Source: Ginglymostoma cirratum (taxonomy: Eukaryota). Taken from it: a DNA stretch of 64,000 nt. Positions 51,331 through 63,963 of this stretch are shown here, in pieces. Positions within the stretch are counted from its first letter, which is position 1; each line of letters starts with the position of its first letter. A program made the translations under genes and the position numbers. The notes under the pieces are model-generated. The model was not told where the DNA came from. It searched no databases and worked only from the letters and a program-made list of their open reading frames with translations. The stretch covers positions 3,868,183 to 3,932,182 of the forward strand of contig JAHRHZ010000074.1 in the NCBI GenBank assembly GCA_024137785.1. Reading direction: 5' to 3'.

Positions 51331-52579
51331 TTCACATGTCATCTCATGCCTCTCTACTCAACTCTATGGCCTCTCATACCCTCCATGCTAATTTAATGCC
51401 CCTCTGTTCATCCTCATGGTTGTTGAAAGTCCCTGTGCTAATTTAGTGACAACTCATGCTACCCCCACCCGTCAACCCTTTTCCTTACACCCTCCATATT
51501 AACTCACACAGTATTCGCCACTACCAGACCTCAGTGATTATGTTTATTGATGACTTCACTGTTAAATAAACACTCATATGGATTAGAAAAGCTGTCACTA
51601 CATCTAAGCTATTTTACTCACATATAAAAACAAACATTTGTATTTACCTTCCAGCTTGACAGACTTTATAAGCATTTGAAACTGTCGATCAATCGGTCAA
51701 CTGAAAGGCAATCTATTCTGATAATTAAACATTGTAAATCAACCATGCAGCACTAATTCTATAACGATAACCATGATGTTTATGTCACTAAACAGGGTGA
51801 AAAAGTAAGTTTTAATTTTCTAAAATTTTGCATTTCTTAAATGCTTGAAAAGCAAAAGATTTAAATGCCTCAGCACCAGTGATGCTCCATTTGACAGTAC
51901 TTTTGAAACCTCCAATGAACCTAACATTTCTAATGGGTTTATACACTTCTTCCATACACTGATGTCTATTTTTAACAATCCTAAAGGGTACCTGACCTTT
52001 CCCAAAGGTCACCTAACCTCTCCTAACGATCTCCTGGGATCTTATCCAAATGGTTGCTTTACCTCTTCAAACCTTCTACCAGGTCTAAAGAGTGCAGGTT
52101 GTATTATAGCTGTTCACCAGTGCAAATCAGGTCTGACTGAAGCAGTTGCAATTTAATTTATGCAATTGTCTCCATGAACCATAGATATGCAAAGTACAAA
52201 CTAACCTGTACCCCCTCTGGCAAAAATGGTGAGGTTCATGACTTCCAGATTCAGGTCTCCAGTGCCATTTTCGCTAAGATAGGGAGCCTCTTTGTCTCTG
52301 TAAAAGATATTCTAATTACCCAGGAGAGGTTCACATTTCATAGCCACAAAATTGGCTTTTACTTTTAAGCAGGCCATTCAGTCACCTCATCTATTTTCTT
52401 TAAAAATGTTCACGTTATGACATAAATGAAAACTCATTCACGATATGAATGAATCAATATGTTTTAAGACTGCAGATCAAAAATTTAATTGTACATTTTA
52501 TTTCCCATTTGCTCCCTTCCTCTCTTGAAATGGAGAAAAGGGAGTATTGACAGGAATCCTCTATTACTTCATCTATTTT

Positions 52580-52730
52580 GTGTTAATGTTCCAATTCCAG
52601 TGACTCTTCATCAGTCACGAGGCACAAAATGTTAACTCTGCTTTCTTTCTTCAGATGCTGCCAGACCTGGTGAGTTTCACCAGCAATTTCTGTTTTTGTT
52701 TCAGATCTCCGGCATCTGCAGTTCTTTGTT
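52580..52730 (+). mobile_element. Penelope-like terminus with short inverted 5' piece
   Basis: Minus-strand CTGATGA-AGAGTCACTGG at 52596-52613, followed by plus-strand aaatgttaactctg...gatgctgccagacctg...catctgcagttc. Confidence 0.65.
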
Positions 52731-54101
52731 CTAATTTAGTTATTTTGTATGTTTTAGCTGAGGCAATAAGAATGGGCAGGTTATTTTATAGTGGATATAA
52801 TTGTTCAACTCTATCATCTCCTCATCTAACAAATATATTTGCAACTTTGAACATGTTTAGTATGGAGCTGGGCTCTCACATTAGCTCCTCAACAATAGAA
52901 AATACATAGAAATTTCAACAGTGAGACCGAATAATTTTCAGCTTTGGGTACCCTGTCTGATTTCTCCCAATTTTTCTGACCTGGTGTATTTAAGTGAATT
53001 ACACTGTCCCTAGCAATGTCAACCTGATAGCTCAGAACAAACCTGTAATCAAATCCATTACGCTCTGGTCTGTACAATTATCAAAATATGGAAAGTCAAT
53101 ACGACCCATCGCATGTTCATTTTTAAAGGGAATTCATTTTTTCGATTTTAGCTCATTCCACAATATATTTGAGAGTGTCTAGTTAATAAGCATTTTATTC
53201 ACAAGTAGTTCAGTGAGATCTTGCATTTACCTTATTAGTGATCTGATTATGGATCTTTACCACACTGACGCTGGGAGGTTCTTGAAGGAATGTCACAGTG
53301 AATAGAGATTCAGCGGCAACTCGGTTTAGAGGCTAAATCTTATGTTTTCTCGGCTGAGTCTGAGTTATATTGGGTTTTTTTGAAAGGTTTCTAGTTGAAG
53401 GACTCAGCAGGTTTTCTCACCGTACATTAATTACATGTGCAGTCCCTGTGACATTGCTCACATCCAATTTCCACGACATCTTACCACACATCATTCCTGA
53501 AAAACTCGCCATGCAGCAGACATCCTGGAATACACCAGCATCTCTTATGCCTATTATCATCTTTAAAACCCATTGAGCAACCAGACAAGAACTGTTAGGC
53601 TGGAAGTGCCCAGCACGGTTGTTGCGATTTGCCCCAGAAGTGGCAGATGAGAGATCACCTCCCTACCTTTGTGGCTACGTTCCCAGAGATCCTGCTTAAT
53701 GTCCTCTTCACACAGGGCCAGCAGTGGATGTCACAAGTTCAGACTTGTGGCTGGTGTCATGGAACCCAAGTACGTTGATACCAGATTTCCAACATGGAAG
53801 CTGTTTGGAGCAAGTGGTAAGCTGAATTGCCAGGTGCTCTCTCTGGTTTCATTATCGAGTGTTCCCAATGTCTGGCTTGTTTGGAGAATTTGATAAGATG
53901 AGAGACTGATTATTAATGAGGTAGGTTGTGCCATTAACAAGGCATTTAACAAATGTCAATCCCCATCAGTTAGCATCATGCTGCTGCCAAGTGAGAATCT
54001 TAGCATGCCTCTTGTGAAAAGCATAAAAGATAGATGGGCTCCTGATGTCAAGACAGGCCTCACTGGACTTGTCAGCCTGATTCTGCTAGACATTTCACCA
54101 T

Positions 54102-55020
54102 CCAATGTATCATTCTCCGCCACTTCTGCCGCCTACAATCTGACCCCACAACCAAAGATATATTTCCCTCCCCACCCCAATTTGCCTTTTGTAGGGACCG
54201 GTCTCTCTGCGACTCTCTCGTCTGCTCCACTCTCCCCACCAGCCCCACCACCCCCTGCACCTTTCCCTGCAACCGCAGGAAGTGCTACACCTGTCCCTAC
54301 ACCTCCCCCGTCACCTCCATTCAAGGCACTAATCAAACCTTTCACATCAGACAGAAGCTCACCAGCACATCCGTCAATGTGACCTATTGTATCCGCTGCT
54401 CACGATCTGGCCTCCTCTACATTGGTGAGACCAAGCAGAGGCTCGGAGACTGCTTTGTAAAGCATCTGTGCTCTGTTTGTGACAAATGACACCACCTTCC
54501 GGTCGCAAAACATTTCAACTCCCCCTCCCACTCCCTGGGCGATATGTCCATCCTGGGCCTCCACCAGTGTCTCAATGACGCCACCCGAAAACTGGAAGAG
54601 CAGCACCTCATATTCCGTCTCAGGAGCCTACAGCCTGATGGCCTAAATGTGGACTTTACCGGTTTTAAAATGTCTCCAGCCCTGGCGTCATCCCATGACT
54701 AACCCTCTCTCTCATCCCCGCCTACTTGACCTGACTCAACTCATCGATCTTCTCTCCCACCTATCTGTCCCTCCCGCCTCACTGCTCAATCCCCACCACT
54801 GCCTACCTGTACTCACCTATCACCATCCCAACTACCTTCCCCAGCTCTACCCCTCCCCTCTCTATTTATTTTTGAGCTCCCTTTACCCTCTCCCATTTCT
54901 GAAGAAGGGTCCCAACCCGAAACGTCAACTTTCCTGCTCCTCTGATGCTCCCTGGCCTGCTGTGTTCCTCGAGCTCCACACTGTGTTATCTCTGACTCCA
55001 GCATTGGCAGTTCTTACTCA
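54102..55020 (+). mobile_element. 5'-truncated Penelope-like retroelement (Cys-rich linker, GIY-YIG endonuclease, terminus with hammerhead)
   Basis: PCNRRKCYTCP...NVTYCIRCSRSGLLYIGETKQRLGDCFVKH...HFNSPSH...KLEEQHLIFRLRSLQPDGLN with one in-frame stop; core CTGAAGA-A-GGGT-CCCA-ACCC-GAAAC-GTC at 54899-54926. Confidence 0.9.
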
Positions 55021-56394
55021 CACCATAGCCCACATTTCTCAGATCCCTATTAGATTCCATCCTAAGTGTCACCTGAGATTTTCACCAGTCTTCTGGGGAC
55101 ACTATATCAGCTGTTTAGTAGGATCTCAAGAAAGTTCCCAGAATTAATCTTGCAGCTGTAAGAACAAAACGATGGACGCACACATGGTTGATTGTGATAG
55201 GCTGGCAGGAAAACCACAGGCAGTACACATACTCAAAATATCAGTTATTACCAGCTACCCCTCATCCAGTAAATACCAATCAAATTTCTTTCCAGCAATA
55301 GCTGCAGGCTGAAAAATGATTGCCAACCCTGTTATTCAAACCAGAAGACTCTGTTACAAGTCCACTTATTTTTAGAAAGTTATATCGTAGCTTCGCTACT
55401 CAGAAGTATTACAGAAGAAGAGAGTCAGTAAATAATTCTGATATGAATTAATACTGTGGCATTTTGAAAATGGATTAATGTTTTTAATTGTGATTTGTCA
55501 CATAAGATAATCAGGCTAGGATTCAGTGAAATCCATTTTAGTTGAGACTAATGGTTTAAACTCAGGTCAATTTAAAGTCATGCTATTTTGAAGATGATAA
55601 GCAGGTGGAGAATGACTGTGGTGAGCTTTTGGCATCTGCTGTGGTGTAACCTGGTCGGCAAAACAAAGCTGGCTCTTTCAAAGAGTCACCTCAGCTTGAA
55701 CAATTGTGCAATCAACTGCACAGGTCCAAGTGGATCACTAATTTGTAAAATTTCCTTTTGCTCCCTAGCAACCCCATATGGCAGGAATGTAAAAGGGGCT
55801 CTTGCATTCATTGTTCTTGATTTAAAATGAAATATGCTGAATAATATCTCAGTCAGTTGATTGCCTTTCTAAGACACTGACCATGGGTAGAGATATGTGC
55901 TTCAAAACTGGACAGAAGAGTATCATTAATCCTGATACTCCAGGAGCCAGAATTCCATTTGCAACGAATGGAAAGTGGTTTGTTCTCAAAAGCCTGCAGC
56001 ATGGTCCATATTGAAAACCATGTTGTAAAAGATGATAGCAGGAACATCTCATGTGTGTGCTGGTGGTATAGAGCGTAGGCAGATGGTGACGTCAATCATA
56101 TGGAAGTTCCTGACTTGCCACGTTTGACCTTCGCACTGTAGTTAATTCTTCTATTAGCCACACAGACCTGAATTCAAGGAACAGACACCCTCGACCCCCA
56201 CAAATCAAACAGTAAATGCTACAGAGATCACAATTTAACACCTAATTAGGTGATTTTGGCTATTTTCAGCTGCAGAATTAGTGGAAAAATTGTCTTGTTG
56301 GAGAAGATGATTGAAGCGTTTTTTAAAAATCAGATAGGGGTGGTGCTAGAATTTTGGAAGGTGCTGTGTGATATGGAAAGGCCACTGAGCACAC

Positions 56395-57490
56395 TAAAGA
56401 AGAAAGAACAGTTCAGCAGAGGAACAGGCCCTTTAGGCCACAAGCCTGAGTCAATATGTGATGCCTTTCTAAACTGAAAACCTTTTGCCTCTACGGTGTT
56501 CATATCCATCTATTCCTTGCCCATTCATATATCTGTCAAGATGCCTCTTAAACATTGGTATTGTATCTGCTTTGCCACCTACGCTGGTAGCACATTCCAG
56601 GTGCTTACCATTCTCTGTGTAAAAACCTGCCCCTCACATCTCCTTTACACTTATCCCCTTTTACTTTTAACCTATGACCCCTAGAACTGACGTTTCGACC
56701 TTGGGAAAATGTATTCTCTCACAATCCTCACCATCCACAGGTCCCCCAATCTTTGTGTCATCAGGAAACTTACTAATTAACCAACCTCCATTCTCCTCCA
56801 AATGTCCTCTTATATATCACAAACAATGGGGGTCCTAGCATTGATCTTTGCGGAGCACCACTGGTCACAGATCTCTATTCAGAACAAAAGTACCCTTCTA
56901 ACGCTACTATCTGCCTTCTATGACTATAAACCGAAAGAACTGCGGATGCTGTAAATCAGGAACAAAAAGAGAAGTTGCTGGAAAAGTTCAGCAGATCTGG
57001 CAGCATCTGTGAAGAAAAGATCAGAGTTAACATTTCAGAACGTTCTGAGGAAGGGTCGCCTGACCATAAATGTTAACTCTGACGTTTTTATCACAGATGC
57101 TGCCAGGCTTGCTGAGCCTTCTATGACTATACCAGTTCTGTGCTATCTTACCAGCTCACTGCGGCTCCCACGTGGCTTCACCTTTTGTACTCCCCTGCAA
57201 TGAGGGACCTTGTCCATATAGAGTCCATAAAGACAACATCTATTACCTTTCCCTAACCAATCACCTTTGTCACTTCTTCAAAAAAACTCAATCAAGTTTG
57301 TGAGACACAGCCTTCTCCATACAAAGTCATGCTGCCTATCATTAATAAGTTGATATTTTTCCAAATGCGAGCAAATCCTATCCCTATTCCCAATAATTTC
57401 CCTACTACTAACATAGTGTCACTGGCCTGTAATTTCCTGGATTATCCCTGTTGCCCTTCTTAATCAAAGGAACAAAGTTGGTTATTACCA
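56395..57490 (-). mobile_element. CR1 LINE fragments, interrupted by fold-back insertion
   Basis: CR1-type 3' UTR at 56400-56710; ggtcctagcattgatc...ggagcaccactgg (reverse of SGAPQRSMLGP RT motif); tcaatcaagtttgtgagaca. Confidence 0.72.
56929..57115. mobile_element. Fold-back Penelope-derived insertion with 16-bp TSD
   Basis: Inverted arms 56988-57035 and 57068-57115; GCCTTCTATGACTATA at 56913-56928 and 57116-57131. Confidence 0.82.
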
Positions 57491-57559
57491 TTAGACCTGT
57501 CATTGGGACTATAGTTACATTTCCCTTTGGTCTGCATCATCATGGTATATGAAGCAAAG

Positions 57560-58450
57560 AAGTGAAGACATTTGCAGAGGAAGTAGGAGATGAGCTTCCT
57601 TTAGGAGGCCTTGCCCACTGAGGTATTCAAGTCACACTTCTCTTAGTTCCACCTCAGCTAGGTGCTGCTGCAGAACAGTGCCACCTCCTAGAGCCAGACC
57701 TGCACGCGTTTGGTCAGGTCTGTCTCTGTGGCCATCAATATCACCACACTCAAGATTACTACACTACAAGTTCCTTCGAGGCTGGAATCAGTATCATTGG
57801 CAACAAGTCATAGTTTGCTGCCCACCACCGCATCCAAGATGGCAGCATGCAGGAAAAGGGACTTTCTTGTCTTGTTTCTAAGCAGAACAAAAACAGAGGA
57901 CATGGCTTTGTCAGGATATTGGGCTTCCCCATGGTTGGGGGATTGAAGAATATATGTGGCCTTGTGGGAGGCCCAGCTCAAAGATGTGACGAACTGCTGT
58001 CGAAAGAGGTACTGCTCACTTGGCATGTGCCCAAAATACCATACTAGTGAATGCTTGTTGGCTTCTCAGCAATCCTGATCCTTTTATCCTGCTCCTGTTG
58101 ACAGTTAAAGCCATTTTCAAACAAAGGCTAGAGAATGGCTACTGGGCAACAAGCATGCCACCTACCACCCAACCACATGTGAGCTGTGTTTCTACAATGA
58201 GGACCATGCTGCATCCAAGAATGTCAAGGAGTGGACAATCAGTAATTACAATTAATTACTCAGGTGGAGCTTTCAGTATTCGCCGGAGTGTGTCTTCTGA
58301 CCATTGTGGCCTGCTGCATCCTGCACAACCAGGACATTGTGTCGGTGCAGCCCTTGTCACCAGTGATGACATCAGGATGAAGAGGAACAGGAAGGGAGGA
58401 GGCAGTCAACATAACCAGAGTGGCTGTCCATGAGTGTTTCACCAGACTTT
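57560..58450 (+). mobile_element. Decayed PIF/Harbinger transposase
   Basis: Frameshifted motifs SVAINITT, GFVRILGFPMV, WLLGNK, YNEDHAASKNVKEWTI, QYSPECV and TIVACCILHN, typical of HARBI1-type DDE nucleases. Confidence 0.75.
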
Positions 58451-58625
58451 GCTGGCAATGAAGAAATCCCTGGATTTCCATTGTGCAGCTTTCCATCTCT
58501 CTGTTGTGGACCATCCCAGATCCTCTTGATCCCAGTCCTTACATGAAACAACTCCACCACAACAGAAAGCAATTATATCCAAAAAGACGTCTACCTGTTC
58601 TGTTCTGGACAGTCAGTGGGTTCTG

Positions 58626-58849
58626 AAGAGGCCAGTAACCCATCACCAAGTCACCCTTCATTTACACCTGGAGAGTCCTTGACATTAACCCAGCTTCCTC
58701 AGAGCCAGCTCTCAGAGTGAACAGAACCTCTGACACTCTTGTTTTTCATCTGTCAGCCAGGGCTCCCTGATTGGACCCGATTAACAGCCCCAGTCAGGGA
58801 ACTCATCTTCTATGAGGTCCAACTGGCTGATCTCGCTACAATCACTATA
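58626..58849 (-). mobile_element. Probable solo LTR
   Basis: ~220-bp island inside the Harbinger remnant; minus strand has CCAAT (ccaatcagg) and a degenerate polyA-like signal; recognised from recall only. Confidence 0.4.
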
Positions 58850-61800
58850 GGCTCCAGTTGAGCAAAAGAACATGCAAAGTCATTGTTTATTACAATGACA
58901 GGGAGGTTTACTCAATCACTGCGCACTCTGCAAAAGCATACGACAAGTAAGCACAATCTCACAATTCAGCTAGTGATCATATGACACTTCTTAAAGGGAC
59001 AGTATCCCACCATTACATGCACCAGATATAGTACATAACACTAACACTACAAAGTAACTGAACTGTTCATTCTTTTGCATTCCTTAAGTGTCTGTCTTGT
59101 GGATATCCTTGCCTGTCCCAATATTCCTTTGCTGTGCTACCTTTAACTGGGGAAGACTCCAAATGGCCTTTTAAGGAAAAATTGAGAACCTGGCTTTGTT
59201 ACTGCACCACCTTGGCAGAGGTGGCAAGATTCTGGCCTGGTTGACTCTGAAGCAGCTGCACAGCAACTGATGGAGTAGCAGTGGTAGGAGCATAAATGCT
59301 GTCACCTGGAGGAAGGGCAGCAAGTTCACACTCCACAGTGCTACTGCCACTATCTTGAGTTTTTAAATGTTGGGAAGATAGGTTGCTGGCTGTTTTGAGA
59401 CCTTCACAAGTCCCTTTTGAGTACTAATATCTATGGTAGCAGTAATGTGAACATGCATGGGACCAAGCTGGGCTTGTACATAAAGAAGCCCCAATTTCAT
59501 AGTCTCAGCCTGAATGTCTGCTGCAGCACTGAAACATTGGGATGAATGTAATGCCCTCCTTCATATTGTGTTCAGTAGCAGGAGTATCTAATCAGTTGGG
59601 ACTCCCTCTACCTTCCTACTTCTTCCCCAGTTAATACTCACACAAGGGCCTCACCCCATGGCAATTGGTATTTATCCAGAGCAAGGTGGGAAATTTGCAA
59701 AGTGGGAAGACTGAAAAGTAAAAGAAACTGCTGTTTAGATTATTTAATGCTTTCGGGGGCAATGCCTCATTCATAAAGACATTCTGACCAAGGCACACTG
59801 CAGTGAGAAAGGTGCAAGGAGCCCTTTCAGAGCCACCTTGACCTTTCTGTTGACTGTCTCTTCGCTTGCAGCCTTAACTCAATTTTTCCTTTCTCAACAT
59901 CACTCATCTGTGGCCTGGGACCCTCAGTGATCTTAGATCTTGGCTGGATGTGTTACACATAGCAGCAACCACAGAACATTGGTTGGCAGTCCTCAGTGGG
60001 CAGGAACTTTGCCCCCATGATGCTTTAACCTGAGGATAACCATTACTGCCCTGCTGTGCTTGAGTGGTACTTAACCTGCAGGCTTTCCCAAAACAAGGCA
60101 ATGCAGGACTTTCATTGGCTCTTCAGCCCATGGGCAAGACCCCTCCTTTGCCAGCATTAAATCCCATCTATTGGTGATTTCTTCCTGTATTGCAATGGAA
60201 ATTGAGATATCAACCATCAGATGCTGCATCAAGGCTGGTGAAGTGCAAGTGTTCATTTAATTGGTTACCAATTCGATATTGGAAAGAATGGACTCCAGGC
60301 TGTGTGCAAAGTCCTACACCAAGCTGGAGCTGGATTCTTCCAACACTCCTTAGCAGAGACAGTAAGTTCTTCAGCAGGTTTGCAGGTTTACCCAACAACA
60401 CCAGAATACTCCTCCTGTCTGTCACTGCTCCCATCAAAATTTTCATCTGAGTTCTCTGCAACAGAACTCATCTGCAACCTTGCCCTCCATCGAGTTGGTA
60501 CACTTGCAACTGTTTCCTCTGGTATTGCTGCAGCTCACATCCAGCCTCTATGCTATCCTCTGCACACTCTTCCAGAATCTGAGCTGATGTCTACAAGTAT
60601 CAGCTTAAGTGAAGACGCTTCTTCCTTGGAGCTTTGCTCTTCTTCTAGACAGTCTTCCTCAAGTGCCACTGGCTGGTTAGACAACAGTCTTTGGTTTTAA
60701 AAACATGGATGACCAGGGGAGGTTTAGGATGATTGATATGGGGAGGAGGGAAACCAGGAAGTATGTGGTTATGCCATCTTCTGCTTGTATTGCACACCAG
60801 ATTGCAAGATGAGAGCGATTTGGGATTTCACAGACTGAAAGAATTGCTGCAGTGCAAAAGGAAGCCATTTGGCTCATTATTCTGCATTGGTTCAATTTCC
60901 TAGTGCCAATCTCCTCCCTTTACCCCATTTCAGAAGTTCCTTAAGGAAGAAAAGTACCATCATAATGGATAACTTCAGCAATACCATTTACTACAGCCTC
61001 AGTGATGGCTGCATCAATCACGTTGAGCACTCTTTCCTCTGAGGGATACTTGAAGCCTTACCTGACCTCGACTGATTGTTTTTAACTGCCTTCTCTTTGA
61101 GAGCCACCTCGTCCTATAAGAGAAAGATTGTTAGTGACTGATATTCAATATGTTTGCGTGTATGGCTATTACAGCTGGACAGCTGAATCATATAGAAACT
61201 ATGATGTGGGTGAGAGAATTGCAGCATTAGTAAACTGTTTGAGGGTGAACTGGAGCCTTTGAATGATTGATGGGTTGGTGAAGTGTGAGGTTGGGTGGTG
61301 CAGGTATGAGCACAACCGACCTTGACCATTTGAATAAAGTCATCCTTCTGTCATTTTGTCCAGATCTCTAGGCCAGAATCCCTATTCTCTGTATGAAAAA
61401 TTTGTCTGTATTATCCATACACTGTTGTGTGATGGGCCCTCTGGGCCCAGCATATAGATTACATCTCAATTCTTTCTTTTTCCTGCACTATGGCTGTCAG
61501 TGCTGCGTAGGAACATAGAAACCCACACTGTGGTCTGCCATGCCCTTCATCAGATTTCTACCATAGTTTCCACTAGGTGGAATGAGCTGTTGAAGCCAGA
61601 ATACATCTCTCCCTTCAGAAAAGCAAGCCAGCTTTAATTGGAAGTATGTCAGTCAGTTCACAAAACCTCGTTACCAGCTTAGTTTGTAGTCATTCAGTAG
61701 CACCTTTAGTGCTAGAATGCATGCAAATAAATAAGCTAGTATAAACTTGCATGATACTCCTTTACTCTCATCAGATCTGGGTTAATCATGCGTTGCAATC

Positions 61801-62345
61801 CCCCACACTCATTGATAGGGCTGTATCATATCTTAAATCTATTATTTACGTGACAAAATCTTGCAAATTGTAAGCAAATGTAGAACTTTTCCGTAGAATT
61901 TATTTTGTTGTTTCTGCTGGAGATATGTGGAAAACCTTTCAACAAAAAACACTGTCACTTCAAAACCTGGAGATCAAAGCAGTTCCAAAATTGGCCACTA
62001 TAAAATGGTGGGGTACAGATTGATTCCAGTAGTCCCCAGGTATTGAATTTTTGTGTGTGGAACTTGAGAAATTTAAAAAACTGTAAACTCAGAAATGTAG
62101 GTACTGGTCATACTGGTTCTCCATTTTGAAATAGTCTAGTCAAGCAGGTAATCTCATTTACCAGTTTTACTTGTTTATCTTTGTGGGTCGGGAGGCAGCC
62201 AACAGAGACACAAAGCCGGCCTCGCTCTATTTTGTATACAGAGCAGTCGGGCAGAAATCCGAGTTTTTAGTTACAACATATTTCATGGGAGGAAGTGCTT
62301 AAACAAAGCTGCTTTTTAATTTTCTTTCAAATTCCCCTTTTCCAG

Positions 62346-62490
62346 AAACATAAACTAAAGGTGGATCATAAAACCGGTTTAGTGGAAATGATAATGGACA
62401 AATTGGAAGATACAAATGAAGGCACTTACACTGTACAGCTCCAGGATGGTAAAGCAAGCAATCAATCTAGTCTTGTTTTAATTGGAGATG
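62346..62490 (+). CDS. MYOM1: MYOM1 exon: Ig My10, second half
   Basis: tccag|AAA CAT...GAT G|gtgagt; KHKLKVDHKTGLVEMIMDKLEDTNEGTYTVQLQDGKASNQSSLVLIGD. Confidence 0.95.
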
Positions 62491-62959
62491 GTGAGTATTT
62501 TTACTGCTTTTGTCTTAATGAATACAAATGTCAAGCACAAACAACAGAAACAAAACATCATGTATTAATTGTGAAAATAAATTCTAAATTTTAAGTGCAG
62601 CTATTAACAGTGGCTGTCATAATCACCTCCAAGTCTTTTTTTTAAATGCAATCTTGCTTGCAATGCCCACTTTTTGGCTTATTGGTCAAATTCAGATGAT
62701 TCCGGTAGCTCATTTTTATCTGCAGTGTGTTTTTGGCATGTAGTCAGAAGAGTAGTCCTTCAATCTTAGTAAATACTACTTAGTTCAAATTGCCTTGCCT
62801 CTTTGAGGCCCGTAATCTCAGCGTTAATTCTGGGCATGGTAATGGGAGTGTAATTGCAAGTGGAAAAAGGAAGCAGAACAATGCAGCTAACGACTCCATC
62901 AATGCCTCCATTTCCACAGAACCCCAATGTTGCCATTCATTACAGCCTCCGTCCAAATT

Positions 62960-63622
62960 TGGACAAAAGAGCTGAACTCAAGAGGAGAGGTGATAGTGAC
63001 TGCACTTGACATCAAAGCAGCATTTGAGTATGACCTCAAGTATGGCATTGAGGTGTTCTAACAAGACTGAAGTCAGTGAGAAAAATGGAGGCAAACTCTG
63101 TACTGGTTGGAGTCAAATCTGGCACAAAGGAAAATGAATGTTGGATATTAAACCTGACAGTCCCAGAACATAACTGTAGGTGTCCCTTGGGTTAGTGTCC
63201 TGGGTCCAACTTTTCAGTTGCTTCACCGATGACCTCCCCTCCATCGTAAGATCAGAAATAGGGATTTTCACTTATAATTGAACAATGTTCAATACACTTC
63301 ATGATTCCTCCTCAGTTGGTGAAACAGTCCATGTCTCTATGCAATAAGACTGAGACAACATCCAGTCTTAGGCTGTTAAGTGTTCAACAGCTCCTTTCAA
63401 ACCTGCTATCCTTACAATCTGGAAGGACAGCAGATACATGGGAACACAACAACCAGGAAGTTTCTCTCCAAATCACTCACCATCCTGACTTGGAATAAAA
63501 GTTTATGAGCCAAAATCCTGGAGTTCCCTCCATAGCAGCACTGTAGGTGTAACATGCACTGTAATGGTTCAGGAGGCCAGCTCATCACCACCTTCTCAAG
63601 GGCAATGAGGGATGGGCAAGAA
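62960..63622 (+). mobile_element. Non-LTR retrotransposon fragments (family of 580-1178)
   Basis: ALDIKAAF, GVPWVSVLGP and FSCFTDDLP RT-like pieces; 3' end cagctcatcaccaccttctcaagggcaatgagggatgggcaa. Confidence 0.72.
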
Positions 63623-63963
63623 GCATTAGTGAAGACAGTGGTGCCCATGTTAAAGGGAAGAATTTGTAAAAACTGCTCATTCTTTGTGCCTTTCCACACT
63701 TCCCCATGCAGAAGAAGCCTATCTAATTTTTTTTAAGTAAACATGCCTTATTGGTGTCTAATTTTCTTCTTTCTCCTGTACCTGAGAAACAATGGCAGCA
63801 GTGCAACAGAACAATATTCTAACCATTTGTCAATGGATTTTAGTGAACAGGAAATTAATGGCAGGTCTGATTCGACTTTGGCATGACACCTATGAACCAT
63901 TTTAACTTCAGCAATGCTTCAACTGATATCATGGAAATGAAGAAACAAATATTAAAAATGCTA

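Larger units (their letters stand above)
199..62490 (+). other. MYOM1: Myomesin-1 gene body (partial; 23 coding exons in window, 5' and 3' exons outside)
   Basis: Spliced translation follows vertebrate myomesin-1 collinearly (PEFIIKPRSHTVWEK; CNDTPVKFARFPVTGL; PWTGQIIVTEEEP; KSPRFALFDLAEGKSY; LSHEHKFP; KSELAVELLEKGQVRFW). An EH exon is present between FN3 My6 and My7. The exons sum to 3439 nt with matching phases. Confidence 0.96.

Noticed and set aside
53978-55147. Long Pro-rich ORFs 53978..54382 and 54647..55147 as novel genes
   Set aside because: They are alternative-frame readings of the C-rich Penelope element; the true GIY-YIG frame carries a stop.
56686-56700. Minus-strand GGTCGAAACGTCAGTT resembling a hammerhead half
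   Set aside because: There is no CTGANGA partner nearby and it lies within a CR1 remnant; probably chance.
199-62490. Assignment as MYOM2 or MYOM3
   Set aside because: The EH exon and peptides such as KSPRFALFDLAEGKSY and LSHEHKFP match MYOM1 as I recall it; a phylogenetic tree would be the formal test.
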